From Bacteroidales bacterium (GTDB taxonomy: Bacteria; Bacteroidota; Bacteroidia; Bacteroidales; P3), in NCBI GenBank assembly GCA_016283745.1, contig JAEENM010000147.1, positions 23,079 to 87,078 on the forward strand: 64,000 bases of DNA, read 5' to 3'. Below, one piece after another: positions 52,265-60,034 of the stretch. Both the position numbers and the translations under genes were made by a program. Under the pieces are notes generated by a model. That model saw only the letters and a list, made by a program, of their open reading frames with translations. It ran no database searches and was not told where the DNA came from. Positions within the stretch are counted from its first letter, which is position 1. The number at the start of each line of letters is the position of its first letter.

Positions 52265-52732
52265 ATGAATGTTCAAAATAATGGTATAAAAATCACGGCT
52301 CCCTCATTTTCAACCGACGTTGAACTAAGCAATGACAAACGCCAGTCTTTTGTGTTGAAAGGCGAGCATAAACGGAAATGGACAGCGGAAAATCCAAATA
52401 AACATATTGGGGTTTGTTTGAAAATAGATGATGCATTGATAGCAACAGAGCAGCAGAATAAGTGCGACCGCGGGCTTTTGTTGGATGATAATCGTTTGTA
52501 TTTGGTCGAACTCAAGGGCGATGATTATAAAACCGCAGTAATCCAACTGATTGAAACAAAGAAATACTTTTTGTCCAATTATTCAGATTATGATTTGGCC
52601 TTTCATGCAAGAATTGTAGGAAGGTCTTTCCCGAAAGCGACAACAGAACTTCAAAAGGCTAAGAAAGATTTAAAGAAGAACTTTGGCAATAATTTTGCAC
52701 TATTTGAGAATAAAAGATCAGAGAAAATATGA
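52265..52732 (+). CDS. Small PD-(D/E)xK-like protein partnered with the ATPase (155 aa)
   Basis: KCDRGLLLDDNRLYLVELKGDDYKTAVIQL gives a D...E-x-K arrangement. The start is 3 nt after the ATPase stop. Confidence 0.6.
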   Translation: MNVQNNGIKITAPSFSTDVELSNDKRQSFVLKGEHKRKWTAENPNKHIGVCLKIDDALIATEQQNKCDRGLLLDDNRLYLVELKGDDYKTAVIQLIETKKYFLSNYSDYDLAFHARIVGRSFPKATTELQKAKKDLKKNFGNNFALFENKRSEKI

Positions 52733-52769
52733 GTGAATACGCGAACGTTTAGCATCCTATTTTTTTCTC
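52729..52769 (+). repeat. Copy C: degenerate ~40-bp remnant of the hsdR 5' end
   Basis: atgagtgaatacgcgaacgtttagcatcctattttttt versus atgagtgaatatacaaatgttgagcatccttttctc. Contains an in-frame TAG. Its ATG overlaps the TGA of the 155-aa gene. Confidence 0.7.
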
Positions 52770-52804
52770 AAATTCTTAATTCCATCGAAAGAGTTTGTTT
52801 TTTA

Positions 52805-52944
52805 CACAAACAACCCGACAAGCAAAATAATTGTTAATTGTAAATTGTTAATTGATTATGAGTGAATATACAAATGTTGAGCATCCTTTTCTCGAAAAGC
52901 TGTGCGAGATAGGTTGGCAAGTGATAGACAAAGGCAGCGGCGGC
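52805..52944 (+). repeat. Copy B: authentic hsdR upstream region + 5' end
   Basis: See copy A. Confidence 0.9.
52827..52854 (+). repeat. Heptamer-phased tract (WTAATTG x4) immediately upstream of the hsdR ATG
   Basis: ataattg|ttaattg|taaattg|ttaattg. Confidence 0.8.
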
Positions 52945-55900
52945 ATTCCGCAAGACCCCGCCGAGAGTATGCGCACGTCGTTCAGCGAAGTGGTGCTCAA
53001 AGATGAGTTCTTCAAGAAGTTGGGCGAACTCAACCCGTGGATAACCGCGGAGCAAAAGGAATACTGCTACCGCAAAATCACCGACATTGACAAGCCGCTA
53101 ACCGATGCCAACCGCGAGATTCACAATATGCTGCTCGAAGGCATCCACCTGCGCACCAAAAACGAACAGACGGGCGAGGAAAACCCAACAGCCAAAGTCA
53201 TCAACTTCGACAGATACGAGAAAAACTCTTTCATTGCCATCAACCAGTTCCGTGTAGATACCAACAACACCAAACCCTTCATCATCCCCGACATTGTCTG
53301 CTTTGTCAACGGTCTGCCGCTAGTGGTGATTGAGTGCAAAGACGAGAATGTCTCGGAGCCGATGAGCGAAGCCTTCGACCAGATAAAACGCTACGCCAAC
53401 CAGCGTGTCATCGACGACCCTTTTGCCGACGGCATATCGGAGGGCTGCGAGCGGCTGTTCCATACCAACCTGTTCAGCGTCATCACCCGTGGCGTTGAGG
53501 CGCGATGCGGCACCATCTCGGCCGATTTCGATTTTTATCTCAATTGGAAAGACATATTTCCCGAAGAGTACGCCGAAGGCACCAACATCAACCCCGCCGA
53601 ACGACAGGAAATCCTTATCAAAGGAATGTTCAACCACGAGATTCTGATTGACATCTACCGCAACTTCACGCTCTATATGCAGAAAGGCGACAACACGGTG
53701 AAAATCATCTGCCGCTATCAGCAATATCGCGCCGTGGGCAAAATGATTCGCCGCTTACAGAGCGGCACCGACTGGCGTAGCCGAAGCGGCGTCATCTGGC
53801 ACACGCAGGGCAGCGGCAAGTCGCTCACAATGGTGTTTCTGGTCAAGAAGATGCGCCGCATTGCTGACCTTCGCGACTACCGCATACTGATGGTGGTTGA
53901 CCGCCACGACTTGGAAGACCAGTTGGCCGAAACCGCCGAATACACAGGCGAACTGCGCCACGACCCGACGACCAAGAAGGTTCAGAACATTGTGGAGAAC
54001 CGTCAGGCGCTGGTGAAACTCGAAGGCGACACCGCCGACCTTAACTTGGTGATGATTCACAAGTTCGGCGAAAACAAGGAGTACTCGCTCGAATCGCTGA
54101 TAAATGCAGGCATTGTGCCGCAATACGAGTCGTTCCCCGTCATCAACGAGAGCCCGAAGATTCTGGTGCTGATAGACGAGGCGCACCGCAGCCAGGGCGG
54201 CGAGATGGGCGACAACCTGTTCCAGGCTTTCCCCAATGCGGCACGCATCGGTTTCACTGGCACACCGCTCATTACGCCGCGCCATAAGGCAACCACCTGC
54301 GAGCGTTTCGGTCAGCAGGCGGGAGTTTTCATCGATACATACAAGATGAACGATTCGGTGCGCGACAACGCCACCGTTGATATAAAATACATCGGTCGCA
54401 AAAGCGACGACAGCATACCGTTCAAAGACGAGTTCGATGCTGAATTTGAACGCACATTCGCCAACCGCTCGCAAGAGGAGCGAATTGAGATTCAGAAACG
54501 TTACGGCACAATGATTGCCTACCTTGAAAGTGCCGACCGAGTGATGAAAAACGCCCGCGATATGCTTGCGCATTACGTTTCGGAAATCCTTCCAAACGGA
54601 TTCAAAGCGCAGGTTGTGGCATCGTCAATTATGGCGGCAGTGCGTTACAAAATCGCTCTCGAAAAGTTGATTCCTGAATTTATTGCGGCAGAAGAACAAA
54701 AGTCGGACGACGAGCGCGACAATGTGATGTTGCAACGCCTGCGCATGTTGAAGGTTCGGGCTGTGGTGTCGAGTGCGGGCAACAACGAGGCCGCAATTAT
54801 TCGCACTGCCCGAATAGAAGCCGACACCGACGATGCCATCACCAACTTCAAAAAGGATTTCGATGCAGAGAATCCGCTTTCGGGCATTGGCATCCTTTGT
54901 GTCTGCGACCGCCTTCTGACGGGTTTCGATGCGCCAGTTGAGCAGGTGATGTATCTCGACAAAAACCTGTCGGAGCACAACCTGATGCAGGCCATCACCC
55001 GTGTGAACCGCACCAAGAAGAACAAAAAGCACGGCATTGTGGTCGATTACTTCGGCGTCACCAAAAACCTGCACAAGGCTCTGGGCATCTACAATGCCGA
55101 CGATGAGAAAGCGGCAAAAGAGGATTTGGCAGAGTTCGAAACCTATTTTTCCGCCATCGAAAAAGAGATCCCCGAGTTGGAGATGCGTTACAACAAAATT
55201 GTTCAGCGATTCGAGAACGAGGGCATTGCCGACATCAACGATTTTCTTGAGCAACGCACAAGCAGGGAGCGCGAAAAGGAACTTTGTGAAAAGATTGTGG
55301 AAGTGGCCGAAAGCATCAAATTCCGTTCGGAGTTGGATGCCTTGTTCCGCCTGTTCTTCGACATCTTCGACCTGCTTTTCAACGAGCCTGAAACACGCAG
55401 CCGCTATTATGTCCCCGCCAAACGAATGGCCTACATTGTGGCACTCATACGTTGGCACTATAAAGATGAGACGCTCGATTTGAAATGGGCGAGCGAGAAA
55501 GTGCGCCGCCTGCTCGACAAATACCTGAAATCAGATGGTGTTCGCGAGACAGTTCCCGAAGTGGATATCTTGTCGGATGATTTCCCAAAGATTGTTAGCA
55601 ATATGTACGGCAATCCGCAGACTGTGGCTTCGGCTATGGAGCACCAAATCCGCGACCGTATCATTATCAAATTGGGTGAAGGACGGAACACCGCACTTTA
55701 TCAGAAGTTCAAAGACCGAATGGAAAACATTCTCACCACATACGCTGGCAACTGGTCGGAGATGATAAGCGAATTGGAGCGTCTGCGTCAGGAATTGGCA
55801 AATCCGAAACCCGCTGTGGTGTCGGAGGAAAAAGAGCCCTTCTACGACAAACTCTGCCAATGCGCAGGCGTGGATTTTGAGGATCGCCACGACAATATCA

Positions 55901-56118
55901 TCGCTGTCACTGATCAGGTGATGACGCTGATATATGCTGCTATGTCCATTCCGAACATCTGGACAAAACCAACCAACGTGAACGATTTGCGAGGAAAGAT
56001 TGGCACAACATTGCGATTCTCGGGCATTCAGCAACTGAAAGAGAACAGCGAATCCATTGTTACAGAATTGATTAAGTTGGCAAAAAGTAATGAGAGCGTT
56101 TTGAGGCAATTCGTATGA
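52858..56118 (+). CDS. hsdR: Type I R-M restriction/helicase subunit HsdR (1086 aa from ATG)
   Basis: N-terminal nuclease region IPDIVCFVNGLPLVVIECKD (PD..E-x-K), helicase motif I WHTQGSGKSLTM, motif II LVLIDEAHRSQ, motif III GFTGTP, motif VI QAITRVNR. Confidence 0.95.
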   Translation: MSEYTNVEHPFLEKLCEIGWQVIDKGSGGIPQDPAESMRTSFSEVVLKDEFFKKLGELNPWITAEQKEYCYRKITDIDKPLTDANREIHNMLLEGIHLRTKNEQTGEENPTAKVINFDRYEKNSFIAINQFRVDTNNTKPFIIPDIVCFVNGLPLVVIECKDENVSEPMSEAFDQIKRYANQRVIDDPFADGISEGCERLFHTNLFSVITRGVEARCGTISADFDFYLNWKDIFPEEYAEGTNINPAERQEILIKGMFNHEILIDIYRNFTLYMQKGDNTVKIICRYQQYRAVGKMIRRLQSGTDWRSRSGVIWHTQGSGKSLTMVFLVKKMRRIADLRDYRILMVVDRHDLEDQLAETAEYTGELRHDPTTKKVQNIVENRQALVKLEGDTADLNLVMIHKFGENKEYSLESLINAGIVPQYESFPVINESPKILVLIDEAHRSQGGEMGDNLFQAFPNAARIGFTGTPLITPRHKATTCERFGQQAGVFIDTYKMNDSVRDNATVDIKYIGRKSDDSIPFKDEFDAEFERTFANRSQEERIEIQKRYGTMIAYLESADRVMKNARDMLAHYVSEILPNGFKAQVVASSIMAAVRYKIALEKLIPEFIAAEEQKSDDERDNVMLQRLRMLKVRAVVSSAGNNEAAIIRTARIEADTDDAITNFKKDFDAENPLSGIGILCVCDRLLTGFDAPVEQVMYLDKNLSEHNLMQAITRVNRTKKNKKHGIVVDYFGVTKNLHKALGIYNADDEKAAKEDLAEFETYFSAIEKEIPELEMRYNKIVQRFENEGIADINDFLEQRTSREREKELCEKIVEVAESIKFRSELDALFRLFFDIFDLLFNEPETRSRYYVPAKRMAYIVALIRWHYKDETLDLKWASEKVRRLLDKYLKSDGVRETVPEVDILSDDFPKIVSNMYGNPQTVASAMEHQIRDRIIIKLGEGRNTALYQKFKDRMENILTTYAGNWSEMISELERLRQELANPKPAVVSEEKEPFYDKLCQCAGVDFEDRHDNIIAVTDQVMTLIYAAMSIPNIWTKPTNVNDLRGKIGTTLRFSGIQQLKENSESIVTELIKLAKSNESVLRQFV

Positions 56119-56801
56119 AAATAGGCGATTTGGAAATAGAAATAAAACGCTCAAAGCGGCGAAAAACCATCACCGTTAATATCGAACGTGACGGCAGCGT
56201 GAACGCCGTAGCTCCTTTCGATTGCGACGATGAGACCATCCGCAAAGAGCTTGAGGCAAGGGAGTATCTGATTTGCAAGCATGTGGCTAACAGAATAGCT
56301 GTGAACAAGGCGTATGTAAACCGCACTTTTGTCAACGGTCAGGCTTTCCTTTTTATGGGAGAATCATACAATTTGCATATTTCCGAAACGGCTAGGAAAT
56401 CTCTGGAAATTGTTGACGACAAATTTGTTTTAAGTGAGAAGTGTTTGCCTAAGGCCAAAGAAACCTTCATCAATTTTTACAAAAAACAGGGATTACCTTA
56501 TTTACGAGAGCGGGTTGCCTATTTTTCCAAATTGGTAGGTCGCGAACCCGTTTCCATCCGAATTATAGAATTAGGCTCGCATTGGGCCTCCTGTACCCCT
56601 CGACAAACTATTAATTTCCATTGGAAGTGTATCATGGCCAAGCCGATGATTATCGATTATCTGATAGTTCACGAACTGACGCACCTCAAATATCCCCAGC
56701 ATACCCGACAGTTTTGGGATGCGGTTTTTTCGGTGATGCCTAATTATAAAGAGTGCGAGGATTGGCTGCACAATTATGGAGTGACGCTGGAGCTTATTTG
56801 A
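56115..56801 (+). CDS. YgjP/DUF45-type zinc metallopeptidase (228 aa)
   Basis: HELTHLKYPQHTRQFW (HExxH) near the C-terminus. 4-nt overlap with hsdR. This family commonly follows hsdR. Confidence 0.8.
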   Translation: MKIGDLEIEIKRSKRRKTITVNIERDGSVNAVAPFDCDDETIRKELEAREYLICKHVANRIAVNKAYVNRTFVNGQAFLFMGESYNLHISETARKSLEIVDDKFVLSEKCLPKAKETFINFYKKQGLPYLRERVAYFSKLVGREPVSIRIIELGSHWASCTPRQTINFHWKCIMAKPMIIDYLIVHELTHLKYPQHTRQFWDAVFSVMPNYKECEDWLHNYGVTLELI

Positions 56802-56829
56802 TTCTGTGCTTGCCAACGCATTCCGAGCC

Positions 56830-56871
56830 AATTTTCAACTATCAACTTTCAATTTTCAACTTTAAATTTTG
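56830..56871 (-). repeat. Heptamer-phased tract x6 spanning the stop of the esterase gene
   Basis: Plus strand: aattttc|aactatc|aactttc|aattttc|aacttta|aattttg. Minus strand: GAAAATT/GAAAGTT/GATAGTT words. Encodes ...KVEN*. Confidence 0.8.
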
Positions 56872-57718
56872 TAACCAGCATTTTAATAAAGTCCTCGCGC
56901 CATTTGGCACGGTCGTGGCCGCCGTTGAAGGTCCATTCGGTGACTTCGCCGCCGCTACGACGCAGGAAATCGATAAGATTGGCGAAATAAATCATCATGT
57001 CGCCTTCCTCCTCCTTGCTGCCACGGTCGATGTAGTAGTGTGTGGGCATGGCAAGGGGCTTGTAGTCCCACAGCTGGCTGTAAACGGGCGAGAAACACCA
57101 GTATTCGGCAAAGAGGTTTGGCATGCGGAAACTCAGCGTAAGACCGAAATCCGCGCTGTTGGAAGTGCCGTAGTAGATGCGTCCCTCGCGCGTGTTGGCC
57201 ACGGAGTAGTTGTTTTCGATGTAGGGGATGAACTCCTGCACGAAATAGTTGAGGTGGTCGTTGTAAATCTGCGTCAGCTGGGGGTCCTGACCGGCGATGG
57301 CCTCCACATATTCGGCGTTGCGGTACGCCATGCGGAACCCGGGTATGGGGTTCTTGTTCTCGTACGAAACGGCCACCACCACAGGCTCTATCTCGCCGCT
57401 GCCAATCAGCGAGTCGAGCAGCTCTTTGTACCTGCCCGACTGTATCACAAGTCCGTCCTCGCCGTAGATGACGGGATAAGTCTTTGACTTGCTGTAGTTT
57501 GCAGGGAGATACACCGCTATGGTGCGGTTTTGTTTCATGCTGTTGCTATAAAACTGTGTCTCAATGTATTGCGATTCGGTGGCAACCGCTTCGGTCTCCG
57601 TCTCATCGGCAGTGGCGAGGGTGTCGCCTTCGGTCTCGGCGGTGGCGCTTTTGTTGCCACAGCCAAGGAATAGCACTACGGCGGGCAGTATTGCCGCAAA
57701 CAATGTCTTTTTCATCAT
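56849..57718 (-). CDS. Putative esterase (alpha/beta hydrolase, esterase-D/IroE-like) lipoprotein (289 aa)
   Basis: Lipoprotein signal LFLGCGNKS. YLPANYSKSKTYPVIY...DG and the C-terminal FNGGHDRAKW resemble putative-esterase family proteins. Confidence 0.6.
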   Translation of the reverse strand: MMKKTLFAAILPAVVLFLGCGNKSATAETEGDTLATADETETEAVATESQYIETQFYSNSMKQNRTIAVYLPANYSKSKTYPVIYGEDGLVIQSGRYKELLDSLIGSGEIEPVVVAVSYENKNPIPGFRMAYRNAEYVEAIAGQDPQLTQIYNDHLNYFVQEFIPYIENNYSVANTREGRIYYGTSNSADFGLTLSFRMPNLFAEYWCFSPVYSQLWDYKPLAMPTHYYIDRGSKEEEGDMMIYFANLIDFLRRSGGEVTEWTFNGGHDRAKWREDFIKMLVTKFKVEN

Positions 57719-57843
57719 ATTTTGGTGTTTTTAATAATCTGCAATTATAACAATCAAAAATATCAATATTTTGATTTTCAACATCGAAAGACACGAAAAG
57801 AACAAAAACTATCGTTTTTTTTAGTGTTTTTAGATGTTCCCTT

Positions 57844-58395
57844 CTATTTGTTTATGTTAATCAATTCGGAGTCGATTATCTGCACCAGCATTGCGAACTC
57901 CTCGGGGTCGTAAAGACGTGTCAAAAAGATGATTTTGCCGTTGGGTGCGATAAGTATGTTGCGCGTCACTCCAGCGTTTTTCTCGGTGTAGAGGGCAAAT
58001 ATGTCGCCGCTTTCGTCGAGGGCGAGGGGGTAGGTTACTTTGGTGTCGTTGATAAATTTCTTTATCTTCTTGGCGTCCTCTTTGAGGTCGATGCCCACCA
58101 GCACGAAGTTGGTGTCGGTTTTGTGGCGTTGCCATATCTCGCTTTCGATGTGCGGCATCTCCTTGCGACACACGGGACACCAGCTGGCGGTGAACTGCAG
58201 CATCACCAGCTTGCCGCGCAACGAGCTGAGCCGTGCCTTGGTGCCGTCGAGGTAGGTGATGGTGAAATCGGGAGCCTCGTCGCCAATGGCCACAGCGTAG
58301 CCGCGTGTCTCGGCGTTCTCCGACGACTTCTCGTCCTGCGCCCACGCAAACCCCGTCGCAATTGTCAAGAGTGTGATAATCAGAAATTTTTTCAT
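57844..58395 (-). CDS. TlpA-like thioredoxin-fold thiol:disulfide oxidoreductase (183 aa)
   Basis: Signal peptide, then GKLVMLQFTASWCPVCRKEMP (CxxC). Confidence 0.85.
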   Translation of the reverse strand: MKKFLIITLLTIATGFAWAQDEKSSENAETRGYAVAIGDEAPDFTITYLDGTKARLSSLRGKLVMLQFTASWCPVCRKEMPHIESEIWQRHKTDTNFVLVGIDLKEDAKKIKKFINDTKVTYPLALDESGDIFALYTEKNAGVTRNILIAPNGKIIFLTRLYDPEEFAMLVQIIDSELININK

Positions 58396-58418
58396 GCTTT
58401 TAGTGAACTGTGATTTGT

Positions 58419-58526
58419 TTCGCCTTCGGCGAAGTTAGTTTCTGTATATCTTTTTTTTTGTTTCTCCTGTTCGCCTTCGGCTCACGAAATCTTTCAATCT
58501 TGTAAATCACTTTCGCCTTCGGCGAA
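58419..58526. repeat. Three copies of a hairpin-forming 15-mer TTCGCCTTCGGCGAA (two perfect, one degenerate)
   Basis: 58419-58433 and 58512-58526 are perfect. 58470-58481 is degenerate. A further GC hairpin AGCCGCTTGCGGCT lies at 58553-58566. Confidence 0.7.
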
Positions 58527-58595
58527 ATATTTTTTTAGATTTACATAATTTCAGCCGCTTGCGGCTAGGAGCATTATCTAATTCCGAAATCCGAA

Positions 58596-59750
58596 TTAAT
58601 CGAGTTGTTCAAAGTCCACGCTACGTATTTTGTTGTAGTTGCGGTAGTGCCATTTGCCTTTTACGATGGCGTCTTTCAGCAGAATGTAGCCGGGGTTGGA
58701 GCGTAGCATGGTCTCTATGGCTTTGTCGTCGGCAAGGAAATAGGAGACATCGCCCAACTTGTTGTCGTTGAGGAATTTCTCCACATCTTCGGGCAACGAG
58801 GCGGTGAGGAACACGTATTTCACGTTGTGCTGTTCGGCGATGTCCTTCACACGTTGCATGCTCTCAATGCCGTTGTCGTTTATCTCGCTGATATCGTGGC
58901 TTGTAGCGATGATAATCGGGTCGGGGGAGCCAATCATCTCCTTGGCGTAGTCCTCGCCGTCGATGCCGATCATCGAGAAGCCGGGGGCGGCAATCACCGT
59001 GGGGTCCACCACGCGGCTGTCCTTCCATTCCCATTCTTCTGCCCAAGTGCTGTCTTCCATATATTTCATCAGGTCCTCGGAGGGGAATTCTTTGATTTCG
59101 CCGGTGGTTTTGTTCTGGTAGGTTACGTAACTCATTATCTTTCCGTCGCTTTCGGGAATCATCTGGTTGCCAACTTTCCATTCGCGGAAGTCGAGCACCG
59201 GCTCGTTGTTGATGTTGTAGATGGCGAATCCCACCATCGCGGCAACGGCGAAGAGGAAAATAAGTATGTCGCGCTCGTAGGTGCGGTGTTTCTTTTTGAG
59301 GTTACGACAGAAGAAAATCACCAGCGTGGGCACCATCAGCACCACGTTTTTCCAGAACGTCTGCCAGTTGGTGAGTTTGACGAAATCGCCGAAACAGCCG
59401 CAGTCGGTAACTTTGTTGGTGATGGCGTCGATAAGTGTGGTGACGAGGAAGAAGGTCATCATCAGCAACAGCGTCCAAGCGGTGAGCTTGCGTAACGAGT
59501 TGGTTATCAGCAATACGCCGACGAGGAACTCGAGGGTTACGAGCGTTACCGAAAGGAATGTGGCAAAGGGCAGAGCCCATTCGAAAGTGAGGCTGCCGAT
59601 GCTCCAAGCGGTCATATATTCTTGTATCTTGTAGGCCGTGCCCATGGGGTCCACGCCTTTCACAAAGCTGGAAAACAGGAACACAAGTCCCACGAAAATC
59701 CTGCAGATGCAGTCGATGATGCGAAGTCTTTTTTCTCTTTCTTTTGTCAT
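58596..59750 (-). CDS. DoxX/MauE-like multi-pass membrane protein with a C-terminal soluble (thioredoxin-fold-like?) domain (384 aa)
   Basis: N-terminal half has about 5 hydrophobic helices (IFVGLVFLFSSFVKGVDPMG...). Functionally linked by position to the TlpA-like gene. Confidence 0.6.
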   Translation of the reverse strand: MTKEREKRLRIIDCICRIFVGLVFLFSSFVKGVDPMGTAYKIQEYMTAWSIGSLTFEWALPFATFLSVTLVTLEFLVGVLLITNSLRKLTAWTLLLMMTFFLVTTLIDAITNKVTDCGCFGDFVKLTNWQTFWKNVVLMVPTLVIFFCRNLKKKHRTYERDILIFLFAVAAMVGFAIYNINNEPVLDFREWKVGNQMIPESDGKIMSYVTYQNKTTGEIKEFPSEDLMKYMEDSTWAEEWEWKDSRVVDPTVIAAPGFSMIGIDGEDYAKEMIGSPDPIIIATSHDISEINDNGIESMQRVKDIAEQHNVKYVFLTASLPEDVEKFLNDNKLGDVSYFLADDKAIETMLRSNPGYILLKDAIVKGKWHYRNYNKIRSVDFEQLD

Positions 59751-59922
59751 AATTGTAATGTGTTTAATCTAATTAAACGAGCGTATGGCGTTTTTATTTT
59801 TATAAACATCTAAAAACACGAAAAATTTTTTATTCTATGGGATTTCTAATTATTTCTGTTGACCACGGATGGCACGGATTAAACAGATTGATTTTATGGG
59901 TTGTAGTGTTTTAGAATGTTTT

Positions 59923-60034
59923 AATTTTCAATTATCAACTATAAATTATCAACTATCAACTATCCTCTGACCCCTGACCCCTGACTACTGCCCCCTGACC
60001 ACTAATTTTCAACTTTCAATTCTCAATTTTCAAC
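59923..60034 (-). repeat. Composite heptamer-phased tract, 16 units in one phase with three word families, spanning the stop of the DUF3089 gene
   Basis: Plus strand: (aattttc aattatc aactata aattatc aactatc aactatc)(ctctgac ccctgac ccctgac tactgcc ccctgac)(cactaat tttcaac tttcaat tctcaat tttcaac). Encodes ...EVEN*. Confidence 0.85.

Noticed and set aside
53320-56154. Minus-strand ORFs (53320..53724, 53755..54573, 54625..55458, 55531..56154) inside hsdR
   Set aside because: They are antisense shadows of a gene with full HsdR nuclease and helicase motifs.
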